Under the pieces are notes generated by a model. That model was not told where the DNA came from, ran no database searches, and saw only the letters and a list, made by a program, of their open reading frames with translations. Position numbers and translations under genes: made by a program. A stretch of 64,000 nucleotides of DNA from Octopus vulgaris (Eukaryota), in NCBI GenBank assembly GCA_951406725.2, contig OX597815.1:162502001-162566000 (forward strand). The letters run 5' to 3'. Within the stretch, counting starts at the first letter, position 1, and each line of letters opens with the position of its first letter. Below are positions 13,221 to 27,247 of the stretch, piece by piece.

Positions 13221-15223
13221 TGAGGGATTATATACAAAGAGGATTAAGAAGGCTATTCACATAAAAACAGACCCAATACATTGAAATGTAGGGTTATACT
13301 TTTATTAATAAACAGAGTGTCCAATGATTGTACAAAGGTTTTGGAACTTGTAGGTCTTGTCCACCCAGTTTCCCAACTATGGTTAAAAAGAAAAGTCGGT
13401 ATATATGAATAAATATGATTTCAAATTTTGGCACTGGGCCAGCAATTCTGGGGTGGGGTGGATAAGTTGATTACACCAACCCCAGGGCTCAGCTGGTATT
13501 TAATTTATTGAACCCTGGAAGGATAAAAGGCAAAGTCAACATTGGCAGAATTTGAACTCGGAATGATAAGGATGGACGAAATGCTGCTTACCATTTTGCC
13601 CGGCTTGCTAACGATTCTGCCTTGTATATGAATGAATATGAGATAGTGAAAAACTCCAGATGGGTTAATTTCTTATAACAAAGGGCGGTAAATATTTTCT
13701 CAGAATTCTTGGCATTATGTAGAAAGACTACTGAACCAAATTAATCGGTCTCAGAACTACTTGGGGTATTGGTTGGGAAGAGAGAAAAAGTCTTACAGAA
13801 GCAGCCAGATGAAAAAAAAAAATTTTAATTGCAGTAGAATGGTTGGCCACTTATAAATACAATCATGTTTGCAAAAAAATAGAAGATAACAGAATGCCAA
13901 CTAAGGAAGGACTGATTCAGTGATATCGAGAGAAGAACTAAGATGAGAACATCAGAATGCATAAAAAAAATCCCAAAACTAAGATGGGTAGAAAATATTC
14001 TTTTATCCTTTATTTGTTTCTGTCATTAGACTGTGGCTAAACTGGGGCAGTGCTTTGAAGCATTTTAGTTGAGTAAACTGACAGTAATACCTGTATTTTT
14101 TTAAAGCCTGGTACTTATTCTGTTGGTCTCTTTTGCTGACCTGCTAAGTTACAGAGGAGGTAAACACACCAACACCAGTTGTCAAGTGGCAGTGACACAC
14201 ACACACACAAATGGGCTTCTTTCAGTTTCTGTCTACCAAATCCACTCATAAGGCTCTGGTTGGCCCAAGGCTATAGTAGAAGACATTACTTGCCCAAGGT
14301 GCCACACAGTGGGAGTGAAATGACTCAGATACATGCTATTGAAATGACTCAGCTACATGTATACAAATACAACTAGAATTCAACTTGATAACAACAATAG
14401 ATAAATAAAAGCTACATTTTCCTAGAAAATACTCAATAGTTGATCACATACCATACAATAAGCTTTCACATTTCTTATTGCATGCCAAAATAAAGTTATT
14501 TAGAAAAATTAAAATTTATTATTATAGGAGCATCAGAATAGTAGATAAGATGCTTAGTAACATTTTTTTCCAGTTTTCTACATTCTGGTTTCAAATTCTA
14601 CTGGGGTCGACTTTACCTTTCATCCTTTCAGGGTCAATAAAATAAAGTAACAGCCAAGCTCTACACTAAAAACAGTGTTTAATTCTTATAATGTCAACTC
14701 TTAGAAATTTCTAAACACCAACTATTCATGGAATACATACAAAAGTCATTGTATTAGGCCCTTTCTTAAAACTCAATGGTCCTCAACATGAGGTCTACTG
14801 TCTATTCAACCCAGGGGACTATGAACTAAGTTCAAAATTTGTTGAGTAGAAATGGTTGTAGTAGTTGATGTTCTAGAATATTTTCAAGTTTCCAATGTTC
14901 ACAGGAAAAAACAAGAGTTGCAAGCTAGATATTTGCTGTCCTGGAGAGGAAAACGTTCAACTGAAAAGTGAAATCATGTAGAGGAGTGATGGAAGGAAAA
15001 GAAAAAAAAAGGTAACTAACTAGCTAGTTAGTTAGTTCAGAAGAGCTAGTTCAGGTGATAACAGCTGTTCACTTATCCATACAAAGAGGTGGCCACTTGC
15101 AATCTAAATGCATTAAGTGGAACACCATCTCATTTTTTTCTAAAGAAAAATTGACTCAAAAAAACAACTGCAAGTACTTTCATCAGACAAGATAAATATC
15201 ATCATTAAATGAATATACAGAAT

Positions 15224-15605
15224 AGGCACAGGAGTGGCTCTGTGGTAAGTAGCTTGCTTACCAACCACATAGTTCCAGGTTCAGTCCCACAGCGTGGCAC
15301 CTTGGGCAAGTGTCTTCTACTATAGCCTCGGGCCAACCAAAGCCTTGTGAGTGGATTTGGTAGACGGAAACTGAAAGAAGACAGTCATATATATGTATAT
15401 TTGTGTGTGTGTGTTTGTCCTCCTAACATCGCTTGACAACCGATGCTGGTGTGTTTACGTACCCGTAACTTAGCGATTTGGAAAAAGAGACTGATAGAAT
15501 AAGTACTAGGCTTACAAAGAATAAGTCCTGGGGTCAATTTGCTCGACTAAAGGCGGTACTCCAGCATGGCCGCAGTCAAATGACTGAAACGAGTAAAAGA
15601 GTAAT
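15224..15605 (+). mobile_element. Full-length family B tRNA-derived SINE
   Basis: A-box GTGGCTCTGTGG, B-box GGTTCAGTCCC, CCTTGGGCAAGTGTCTTC, internal (TG)n, 3' end GACTGAAACGAGTAAAAGA. Copies at 14000-14315 (-), 25104-25455, 48685-48970 and 60570-60952. Confidence 0.85.
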
Positions 15606-17222
15606 AAGGCAGTGGGTTGGCAATATGCCAAGAAATGTTGATTCTAGTTCATAACTTTCCGAGTTCAAATCTTGCTAAAATCATTCTTTAAAAAGTCTTT
15701 GTAGGGTTGATAAAATAAGGACCAGGCTTATAAGCATTGGATGGGGCTGATTAAATTGGCTATGTCTTAAAGAAAACCAAATATAAAAAATATATATACA
15801 AAAGAGTTGATAAAAAAATATTTATGTACTAAAGTGATTTGCTGCTGGATATTTCAGGTTAGCTCAAATCAATTGTATGATTAGATGTATATAAATCTTG
15901 CATTGTTAAAAAAAATGTATGAAGAAGAAATACAAAGTAATCTTAAAAAAATTTACTTCAAAATTGGTAAAAAAATGTATCAGCTGTCATAATGATAAAT
16001 CTGTGTGCCTGTTTAATAAGACAATTTTATATGGTCATACATCATTTTTTTAATTGTGATTTATTTTTTTCTTTCTCAAAAAAATTTTAATGTTGCTTGA
16101 TAAATTACAAGGTTACCAAAGGAAAGAGAAACAGGAGGAAGAGCGAGATAAAGACAGAGCACATAAAAGAAAAACGAGAGAGATACATAAAGAGAGAAAC
16201 AAACTGAGGTGTGTGAAAGGGAAGGGAGATAATTAACTCTGAAAGGAAAATCATTTCATCAACTTAGTTGTAAAGTCTGAGGCAAATTAAAAACAAATGG
16301 ATGTTTTAGGTACACAGGCAGTGGATTCATAGAAATGGTTGAGAAGTGGCCAATTGGTTGAGCAGCATTTATTTATGAGCCTTTTACATTTTGAGTTCAA
16401 ATCCTGGAGAGGTCAACTTTTCCTGTCATCCTTCCAGGGTTGTACGAATAAAGTACAAATCATGCTGGAGTTGATTTAATCAATTCCACATGCTCACAAA
16501 ATGGGAAATGAGGTTCAGTCCCACTGTATAGCATCTTGGGCAAATAGCTTTATCTTCTATTATATGCTGGGGCCAACCAAAGCCTTGAGTGTATTTGGTA
16601 ATTGGAAACCAAAAGAAGCGCATCACATATCTATCTATCTATTCTATCTGTGTGTGTGTGTGTACTCTTGTCTTGACTGTAAATGAGCATTAATGTCATA
16701 TAAGCAATGTTGTCTATTTCTAGTTTTCTATAAAAAACAAAAAACGTCTGGACATGGAGATATAAAACCTTGCTTGGAAATGTATATGTGTTGACAACAG
16801 GAAGGGCATCCAGCCATAGAAAAATCTGCCGCAATAAATTCCATCTGACTCATGCAAGCAAAGAAAAGTGAACATTAAAAATGAAGCTCCTTCTACAGTC
16901 ATGTATAATAATCATGGTTTCATTTTTTATTTGCTCTTGTCTGCAACAAAAGCAAAACCTTTTCAATTCAACTGACCTTCAAAAAGGTTTGCTGAGTCTT
17001 TTTATGTATGATAGTCAGAGAAGGAGGCAGGAACAATACCCATTATCCTTTGTAGGCTCTCCAATTGATGTTCTGTTACTCTATACTATCAAATGTGTAA
17101 TTTAATTGTTTAGTTCTAGGTGAGTAAAACTAAGATCAAAAGCATTCCAACCAAAAGCTTTTGCATTTCTTTCAAATATTCTTTATGTAGAACAACATTA
17201 TCTAATGTGTTCATTCTTTTTA

Positions 17223-17436
17223 TAACCCTTTAGTATTCAGATCACTCAGCTAAATCTAATGCTTATTTATTTACGTTGGTTTGAATTAATCCTGCATTAT
17301 CCCCTAGCTTAAAGACTGTTTATTTTTAGAATGACATTGTAGGGTAGGTGTGAGAGGAGGCCAGATCTGACAGTTTGAACGTAAAATGGGTAGAATATTT
17401 GGGCCAAATATGGTTGGCTTAAATGCTGAAGGGTTA
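17223..17436. mobile_element. Family-1 TTAA MITE
   Basis: TAAACCCTTTAGTATT...AATGCTGAAGGGTTAA termini. Further copies at 23648-23867, 33880-34090, 34941-35163, 42754-42981, 55950-56140, 61087-61312 and 62168-62392. Confidence 0.75.
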
Positions 17437-18641
17437 AGACAGCAGGGCATGTTTTGAAGAGATTTGGCAACAATTCCAGCAAGACAAATGACTATATAAA
17501 GGTTCCCTCATTAGCCCTGTAAATTACAATACAGGAGCCTTTAACTAAAATATCTGGGAGTTATCTCCATAGATGCCAATGAAAAGGTTTATGTGAATTA
17601 AAGCTAATGAATAGGAAGATAATTAAAAATCTTTCATTCTCCCCCACACCATTTCTTCACTCTTTCTTGAAATACAATTCAGTTCTCTTCACTTATTATT
17701 CTGACTCACTCTCAAGAACCTTCTTATCATCATCATCATCATTGTGTCAAAATCCACTTCTCCATGCTTGCGTGGGTCAGGCAGAATTTGTTGAGGCAGT
17801 TTGTTCAACAGATGGATGCCCTTCCTGTCACAAACCCTGATCTGTTTTCCAAGTAAGATTGAAAAAACAATGACACAGCTTGCATGACAGTGACACTTGC
17901 TTACAACTATCATATGATGTCAAGGCTAGGAGATAGTAATGTACACACACAATGAGCTTGTTTCAGTTTCCCTCTACCAAATCCACTCACAGGGCTTTGG
18001 TTGGCTTGGGGTTACGGTAAGATGTCATGCAATGGGACCGAACCCCTGTGGTTGGGAAGCAAACTTCATACCACACCACACAGTCATGCTTGTGCTAATT
18101 TTTGATAAGTTGGTTACTTCATGGCCTATGTTAGAATTCATCTTTTTTGGTACCTGGTTGAATTGAACCATGTTTGATCTAGGAGTGGTTCAGGTCAATG
18201 AGATGAAATCTGATATTACAGCCATTCCAAACATTTTGGTTTTAGTTAGTTGCTGCTTCTTAAAAGGTGAATAATGTGAATAGTTAATTAGCTTTTCAAT
18301 GTTTACTGCTATAAATATGTTAACACTAGCTTAATTGTTTTTCATTCAAATGGAGCCCCCGAGGAATTTCTCACTCTGATTTTAATCTTTTTAGTGTATG
18401 TGTGTGTGTTAAGGATGTTGCTGTTCATATGACATCTACACAGACATATGGCAAGCTTCTTTCAGTTTTCATCTACCGAATCCATTTGCCCAAGGTGACC
18501 ACACAATGATATTGAACCTAAAACCAAGTGCTGGGAAGCAAACTTCTTAACCACACAACCATGTAGGCATATATTAGCATATATTTTAAAAAGATATGTT
18601 TGATTTCTGTAAGCAATGTAGGCATTGTTGAAACTTTTTCT

Positions 18642-18688
<47 letters not shown>

Positions 18689-18840
18689 TAGCAAAAACTG
18701 TCCAACGAACGGCAACGTGAAACTCAGAGTAACAGGTTTTGTTGAATTTTCTGCTGCTTTAAATAAAGCATATTACTCTACCACTGGTATTTGAGTACTC
18801 TTTTTTCCACCTTGTTTCACATTTATGTGTTTACTCCGGT

Positions 18841-19008
18841 ATCATCATCATCATCATCATCGTTTAACGTCCGTTCTCCATGCTAGCATGGGTTGGACGG
18901 TTCAACCGGGGTTCTGGGAAGCCAGAAGGCTGCACCAGGCTCCAGTCTAATCTGGCAATGTTTCTACAGCTGGATGCCCTTCCTAATGCCAACCACTCCG
19001 TGAGTGTA

Positions 19009-19011
<3 letters not shown>
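18841..19011 (-). mobile_element. Short 3'-terminal copy of the RTE LINE with (GAT)n tail
   Basis: Closely matches the 3' end of the long RTE at 51566-51730 and abuts a (TA)n tract. Confidence 0.85.
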
Positions 19012-19046
<35 letters not shown>

Positions 19047-19840
19047 TACATACATACACATGAATGTATTGCTGGTATAGTGAATGGGGAAAGCTTGGTT
19101 TGCAATGTTTGCAGTCGCGTATGCTTGTCAAGAGCAAGGCTCATTAGCCACCAACGGAGCTACAAATGCAAAATATAAGTTAGTCCTAGAGTGCACAATG
19201 TTCCTGAAGGCCAGCAATGGTCTTCCTTGATCACAAGTGGACAGCCATCATGTATAAATATATATGTCTATGTATGTGTGTGCGCCATAACTGTTTAATG
19301 GTCTAATCATTGTATATGTTGTGCTTTTACTTACATAACTACCTTTCAAATCAGTTGCATATATGAGTTGCTTAGACTTAAGTGGATCTCTTCATTTCCT
19401 TCAAGATGATGATAATATTCAAGTAAGCCATCATGTTAGATTAAGAGAAATTGTCATCTGTGTTATGTATGATAATCACATTCAGTAACAAGTAATGGTA
19501 TCACACACATCAGAAAACTGACACAAGAAGTAAATTCATTAGAATTCTTCCTCCCATATACACAATTCATAACATTTTCTGTAAGGAATGTAAATACATT
19601 AATTCTTTTCTTATTCCTCTGTGTTTGATGTTTAAAGAATTTATAGTTATCAATTGCTGAGGAGATATGGTTGTGCATTCTAGGTTTTTGTGCTTTTTAT
19701 GAGTCTGTATCCCACTGTTGGGATTATACTAGGTTTTAGAACAAAGAACCTACATGATTTGTTTGATTAGATACATTTTAACAAGCAAGTCTGGTGAAAT
19801 ATTTGATATAATTTAGGTAGAGACAAAGGTGTGTGTGTGT

Positions 19841-19881
<41 letters not shown>

Positions 19882-19895
19882 TGTGTGTGTGTGTG

Positions 19896-20482
19896 TAACA
19901 TATCAGGTACTGAAGCAATCCTCATCAAAATACAGCTTGGACATTCAGGTCATCTCTCATGTATGAGTGATATCAGAGTTCCAAAGCAACTTCTCTTTGG
20001 CCAATCCCCAACAGGGAGATCAGTTGGAAAGCCACACTTGTGCTTCAAAAACAAACTAAAAGACAATCTGAAGCAATGCAACATTCCATTTTCTTCCTGG
20101 AAAAACAAAGCATCAAAACACAGGACCTGGCACCAGCCCTGCTTCTCCTCAGTTCAAAGACTTGAGCAAAGTCAAGTCCAACCTCAGGATCAACTTCATG
20201 CAAGCATGTAGACACACTGGCAAAACGCTGCTCCTCTCAATGGAAACTTTACCTGTCATTGTGGTTTTGTGGCATGAAACAAAACAGGCTTTGCCATCCA
20301 CCCAAGAAAACATAGTAAATGATCCACAAGCACTCGAGCGAACTGAGTCCTCAACTTGTTCTATCTGCCTAAAGGTTTGCAAGGCACCAGCAGGCCTCAA
20401 GAAACACATTCTTGTCCATAGAACATGACTACTGCTTTATTTTACTGAACTGTCATTTGTTATTCATAATGAGAGAATCCAT
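19896..20482 (+). mobile_element. Decayed 3' fragment of an RTE-clade LINE (BovB-like type) with C-terminal C2H2 finger
   Basis: Translation QLGHSGHLSCMSDIRVPKQLLFGQ..GRSVGKP..FKNKLKDNLK matches the RTE post-RT motif (QLRWxGH...PKQLLFG); downstream CSICLKVCKAPAGLKKHILVH. Confidence 0.8.
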
Positions 20483-23153
20483 TACACACACACACATGCA
20501 CACAGATATATATATATGTATATAAAATACTATTTTGTACCTACTAAGTCTCCATCTGCTGTCTCTTTTGAATGTTTGATAGCTTCTCATGTATCACCCT
20601 CTCTCCTACTGACTGCACTATGTTGCCCAAGTACATGAGAAAAACTTTACATTTGTCTGTATGCAATCCCAACTACTACCATCTGTACCCTCTCACACTA
20701 TGAGTAATGAGGGATTGCATCAGATCTCTTGGAATCCAATACACTTCCTCACTGAGAGAGAGAGTATTGGATTCTTTTACAATCACTATCTTAAGAACCT
20801 ATCACTTTCACCTTTTCTCATCTGTCTTCCAGATCACTCATTATTAGCATCCATCACACTCTTACTTCCAACTATTTTCATAACTATCCATCACTGTCTG
20901 TCTCTCTCTCTCTCTCTTATTATCTTCTGCCATCACTGTCTCTCTCTCATTTTTTTCCTCACTGCAATTACTCTTTCCTCAACCTTTACACTTAAGCCTC
21001 TTTATGTATCTTAGCCTAGGTTTGTCTTCTGCTTTTCCTTCCATATCATCATCCTCAAGCATCTTGTTTCTCCCTTCATACTCAAATCCCTTTCCCCACC
21101 TCACCTTAGTTCATCCTCCTACAAAGAACTCCTATCCTACTCACTCTATTGATTACATTATCCGAAACAAAATGCTGACAACATTGAGCAGTGAGGACTC
21201 TTTTGCCTTGCTGAATACAAAGCAACCTCACTAGTACTGGCAGTATGATAAAATGCACACAATAAACACCATAAAGTAGTTGTGGTACAAGAGGAGAGAA
21301 TGTAGGGTTATGAGGACATTTTGAGAACATGACAAACTCTCTAGTGCTTGTGCTATGATAAAATGCATCCAGAACATTCTGTAAGCAGTTGATGTGGGGA
21401 AGGGCATCCAGCTGTAGAAATCCAGCCAAAATTAAACATACAAGCAAGACATGGTCCTTTAATCCTTTAATAGACAGGCAGTAACACAGTATAAGAACTA
21501 CTTATGCAAGCATGAAAAGTGGACATACAATAATGATGATAATAATGAGACACAAGGACAATTTTTATAGTGAGAGGAGGATAGAAATAGTTTAACCTCA
21601 GGTAAGAACTAATAGCACAGATCAACCATCAAAGACATTACAATCATCATCATCAACCGACCCTTTAAAAAATCTTTTTTGCACACAATGTGTTCTCCAA
21701 CCCATTGCCCCCTTTTTAAAGGTATTAGAATGTAATTTGAGGAAGATTTTCCTACTATTTCTTGCAGGATGAGCGACCATATAGAAGCTATCTCGTTGAC
21801 TTGATAGTCAATTGGTACTTATTTCTGGTCAACCAGCTTTGGAAGAATGAAAGACAAAGTTGGTCTCAGAAAGATTTGATCTCAGGACAGAGAGTCACCT
21901 AACTAGTTAAGATAAAACAAATAGTCTGATGTTCTAAAACTGGCCCATTTCCAAGATTTATTGACTAAATTACTAGTTTCACATTGATTGGTCAGATCTG
22001 GATAAAATAGGTGCTCTCTCACTTATCAATGTCCTTTGCTCACTTTTTATATTAATTTCTATGAACTAATTTTCTAGATTTTCTTAGGTAATATTTTTTC
22101 CAGTTACCACATTTTATAGAAATTCAACAAGTTCTGATCACCTAACTTCAATACAATGTTCTGTGGTCATTAGTTCATTCCTTTCTCATAAACAATCCAC
22201 TGATGCTTCTCATTCTTCTTTATCTTTCTTAGTTTATTTTAATGTTGGCCAGTTTAAGGATTTATATAAAAATATTATGCAAATGACATTTAATGACTAG
22301 ACAGTTACAACTAAGAGACATCATGCATAGCATTATGATAACATACACACACACCTTCAAATAAATAACATTCTACCTGCTTAGATGATTTATTTGTAAT
22401 TAAATTCATTTGTGTTTCTAACATTGGTATCTCCTGGTAATTTATTGCAACCTTCAGATTCAGGTTTTTTTTTTTTTGTTTGGTTGTTGAAGCTAAACAG
22501 ATATTAAAACACAAACTACAAAATATCTTTGAATTGTTTAAATGTAAACATGCTAACAATACTGTTTTTTTTTATTATCAATTCCTTATTATTTAATTTA
22601 ATACCCACACACAATAAAAATTACATTTCACAGGACACAAGGCTATTTTTGTACAGTCGGATGAACAGACCTCAGTAAAGGAAAGCTGTTATTTTGGGTA
22701 ATATGCATGAAATATTAGTTTAAACAATAGAATTGTTAATAAAAACTTCAGAAACATTATTGAAAGATAAACATTCACTGACATAATACTATTTTATCTA
22801 TACTATATCTATACATATACCTTTTTTTAACTGTCCCTACCAATGTACTTGATATACATAAAAATACCTTCTGTGTATAATTCATGAATACAAACAAAAT
22901 GTCAGAAACAGATATTTTTTTTTTTTGTTTCATAGCAACAAGGTGAACATACACAAAAGTGAAAGAAGGAAATTATATGATGGTTTAAACTGTAATTTAT
23001 TTTAATCAATGCGATATCAATAATAGGGCGAGAATGTTTGTATATTTCTTTCGTTATCTGTTATCAATAACCTTGTCAACATATATTTTATTTAGGCTCT
23101 AACCTGTCATACATACACCTAACAACTAGTAGTAGTCGTTGTCGTCGTCGTCA

Positions 23154-23185
<32 letters not shown>

Positions 23186-24003
23186 ATTTGTGCTAATAAA
23201 AACATGTCAGCTGTAGTTTGTTTCAGTTCTCTGTAGTATATAGATGATAAAAAAAAAACTGTGCGTCCATTCTACTGAAACACATCCTCTGATATAGCAA
23301 TAAAGATAACATTATTCAATTTCATTTAATTTCTTCACAACAGACTATAGTGATAAAGATAACTGGTTTGTTCCTTTAAGCTTCCTTTGTTGTAATATAT
23401 GATGTTATAGTTATCAGGCCATGTTTAATGTAGTGTGATCTACTCTAATAAAAATAAAGATAATGTAAGTCTATTCAACTGTACCAGAAAAGTATTATAA
23501 AAAAATGCCATCTTCATCATCATTTTAACATCCACATTTCCATGCTTGCATGGATCAGATGAAATTCATTAAGGAATATTTTCCCTAACTGAATGCTCTT
23601 CTGTCATCAACAATTATTTGCTACTAAGCAAGATAAGATTTACCTTACTCCTTTAGCATTTAAAGTGGCTATATCCAGCCTAAATATTCTACCTGTTTTA
23701 TGTTCAAACCAGTCAAATCCGGCCTCCCATACAAACCATACAAAGTCATTTTAAAAATAAACAATTACGTCATTAAAACCTCGAAGCGACAAGGTAATGC
23801 ATGATTAATTCAAAACAAATGAAGAAGCATAACATATGACAGAGTAATCTGAATGCTAAAAGGTTAATCCTTCTGACATAAACAGCACAAATGGCCTAAC
23901 GTGTTTCCACAGAAGATTACAAATGATACCACTTACATGACAAAAATATTTGTTTATAATTAATGTGTAAAGTCAAGACACACACATTTATGTGAGTGTA
24001 TGT

Positions 24004-24045
<42 letters not shown>

Positions 24046-24225
24046 AAATAAGCAACAAGGATATCCATCGCTTATTTTGATTTTAATCACCTTATTTTGA
24101 AATTGTATGGATAATATCATAGTAAATTCTGGTGCCTCAACTTAAGTACCATATTCATCTGAATCTATCGATATATATTTATATATAGATAGATAGATAG
24201 ATATAGATATATATACATACCTACA

Positions 24226-25092
24226 TACAGAGGGGCACCCAAAAGAAACCAGAATTTTGCAATGTTATTTTATTCACTTAGTTTTACATGTTTACGCTTG
24301 TATCACCTTCAAAATATTCTCCATTTGAAGCAATGCATCGGACCAGATGCGTTTTCCACTGTTCTAAGCAGTAATGGAATTCTTGCAAAGTGAAGCTTTT
24401 AATGCCTCTGTTATTTTTCATCTCTCCCACACTTGCAATTTCAATAACACCAGCTTTCATCACCAGAGATGGCTTTTGAAAAAAGATACAGATCAACTTC
24501 CAACTGTTCTTTCACTTCACGACAAACATTCATTTGTGACGGCTTTTGATCTTCCATGAGCAAGCAAGGCACAAATTTTGCTGCAACTCTTTTCATTTGC
24601 ATTTCCTTGCTCAAAATTCATTGGCAGGAGCTTCGGGACACACCAGTCATATCAACAAGTTTGTCAATTGTTCAGTGACAGTCCTCCAAGATCAGTTCAT
24701 GAACTTTCATGATGTTTTCATTTGTTAGGGAGGTCGACAGTCACCCTGAACAAGGTTGGTCTTCAAATGACAAGTAACCATTCCTAAAGCAGGAAAACCA
24801 CTCATAAACTTGTGTTTTGCCCATGGCAGCATTCTTGTAAGTCGTTTGAAGCATGAGAACTGTTTCAGCCAGTGTTTTCCCCAGTAGAAAATAGAATTTC
24901 ATGGAAGCATGCTGTTCCTTCATTTCTGTCATAACAAAAATCGACAAATAGGTGAGAAGCACTGTAAAACAAAGGCTCACCATGTGGCAGTATAACTTCA
25001 CCCAACACTGCTGGTTAGTGGACTGATGCCCAAACTACAATGGCCTTGCTCCACAAAGAACGTTTCCAGTTACTTTTGCATATGCCCTCATA
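24226..25092 (-). mobile_element. Internally deleted mariner transposon
   Basis: N-terminal MTEMKEQHASMKFYFLLGKT..ET..VYEWFSCFRNG..FEDQPCSG and C-terminal EQWKTHLVRCIASNGEYFEGD are typical of mariner. Imperfect TIRs are flanked by TA, and most of the catalytic core after the GDESW motif is missing. Confidence 0.85.
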
Positions 25093-25182
25093 TATATATA
25101 TAAGGGCAAGTGTCTTCTGCTATAGAATCAGGCTGACCAAAGCCTTATGAGTGGATTTGGTAGACAGAAACTGAAAGAAGCT

Positions 25183-25228
<46 letters not shown>

Positions 25229-25634
25229 ATGTGTGTGTATCTTTATGTCTGTATTTGTCCTCCACCACCGATTGACAACCAGTATTGATGTGTTTACGTC
25301 CCCCATAACTTAGCAGTTCAGCAAAAAGGGAATGATAGAATAAGTATCAGGCTTAAAAAAAAAGTTCTGGGGGTCAATTTGTTCAACTAAACCCTTCAGT
25401 GTGGTGCCCCACCATGACCACAGTCAAATGACTGAAACAGGTAAAAGATAAAAGATATATATATATATATATACACACAGCAAATTTCTTTCAATTTTTG
25501 TCAACTAAATCCATTCACAAGGCTTTGGTTGACCTGGGATGATAGTAAAAGACAATTGCTGAATATGCTGCAAAGTGGAACATGTGCGTGTGTATGTGTG
25601 TATATATATATCTATATCTATCTATTTGTACATA

Positions 25635-25856
25635 CATACATAAAATAGAAGGTAAAGACTCCCTTTGACCATGGGATTGCACCTAGAAAGTTCCTCTCCG
25701 AGGCATAAGTCTGCACAAGGTTGTTTATGAAAGACCAACAGTTCCCCATGCACACCAGCCTCCCTTCTCCATGCCACCAATAGTATCCAAGGGAAAGGAA
25801 AAAGCTGATACAACTTGGCACCAGTGATGTCATAACTCATTTCTACAGCTGAGCCA
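25635..25856 (-). mobile_element. Family C SINE, 3' portion
   Basis: Reverse complement of about 6405-6615. Confidence 0.75.
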
Positions 25857-25872
25857 TGCACACACACACACA

Positions 25873-26620
25873 CATCATAAGCAGTTGTCTGAAAATGTCA
25901 TCACAGTATTATCTACCGATAAAACATGATGTTGTAGCTATGATATGGTATAGAAAAATCTGTTGGAAAGATAACCCCAAGGCCAAAGAAATAATAACCT
26001 ACAGTAAGGTAGAAGCCACAGCCACTCATGAAAAAAAGGAGTACTGGTGGAATGTCCCAGTGAGAAGCTCAATAAAATGGAAATGTAACACACCTGACAT
26101 AGTAATTTAGAATAGAGAAGAGAAACAGTTGTGGAAATCAGCTTCCCAGCAGATGTTAACTAAAAGCTAAAGATCAGAAAAAAAGAAAATACCTAGACTG
26201 AACCATTGAGGAATCTACAGCTATTCAATCAAGATTGCAAGTTCAGGTTTATACCTGTCATTATTGGAGCACTGAGATATGTAACACACTGCTTAAATAC
26301 CAATCTTGAGAAATTAGACCTTTCAAAACCAGAAAGGAGAAAGCTGATACGAAGTCTGTTCAGATCCAAGCCATCACTGGAACTGTAAAAATGTGTAAAA
26401 CTTTCCAGAAGTTTATCATTTAAGTATATATAAGCATGTTTAGACAGGCAACTATATGCATGAGAATATATACATAAAATAAAACATACAAATCTGCACA
26501 CATACATCCATACAAAAATACCCTGTTTATGTGATTGAAACTCCAATGCAGGAGCCTTTTATCTAGGTTAGAAACTGGCTCTTTCTCTATTGGCAAGAAA
26601 TCATGAAATAAAACTGAATA
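25873..26620 (+). mobile_element. 3' fragment of an R4/Dong-like non-LTR retrotransposon (restriction-like endonuclease region plus 3' UTR)
   Basis: Translation HIISSC..YLPIKHDVVA...YWWNVPV...PDIVI...VEISFPAD...FIPVIIGALRYV contains the end of the CCHC finger, an RHD-like motif and the PD-(D/E)xK-type region; stops and frameshifts are present. Confidence 0.8.
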
Positions 26621-26754
26621 ACCACACACACACACACACACACATTGGTTTCTCCCATCACTTTTCATATATGACAGTTCAACAGATTAGTAGAAAAACT
26701 GATTCTTCTGTTAGTGTCTCTTGTGAGATTTAGTGACAGATATATATCGATCTA

Positions 26755-27247
26755 TTAGACAACCGACACATATAATTTGATTACAATAATGAAAGCTTGC
26801 GTGGGACAAGCCACACCTTTTAGAGAGAATGATAACAGAAAATCAGCGAAAATGTACCACAGCTTTCCCAGAGAGCATGTCTTAGGTTTTATATTGGAGT
26901 AACCTTCTCATAGAGACATATTTTAATGAGAAGTTAGTGTCTGGTATGCTACAAAGCACCAGGTGCTTCAATCCCAGTATTTTGTAGCATCCCAGATACC
27001 AAACCAGATGTTAAATGATAATGATGATGCCACACACACACACAGACAAACTTTGTGTTTATAATAAAATGAAATATAAGTAAAATTCACTGAAAAAGGA
27101 TGCAATACATTAAAAGTGTTAAAATATTTCATGAAGCATAAATACAGACTAAATTGTCCTTGACATGTTTTGAACTCCATGTAAATAGCAACTAAGTTAT
27201 GCAAGTATTTAGTCCAAAACTCTACTTTGTCCTCACACTCTCTCCCT
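26755..27247. repeat. Local direct duplication, copy 1
   Basis: Aligns colinearly by eye with 30348-30667 plus 31176-31368, with scattered substitutions. Confidence 0.85.

Noticed and set aside
22634-22697. Possible 64-nt plus-strand exon (HKAIFVQSDEQTSVKESCYF)
   Set aside because: Weak donor (GTAATA), no partner exons and no recognisable homology.
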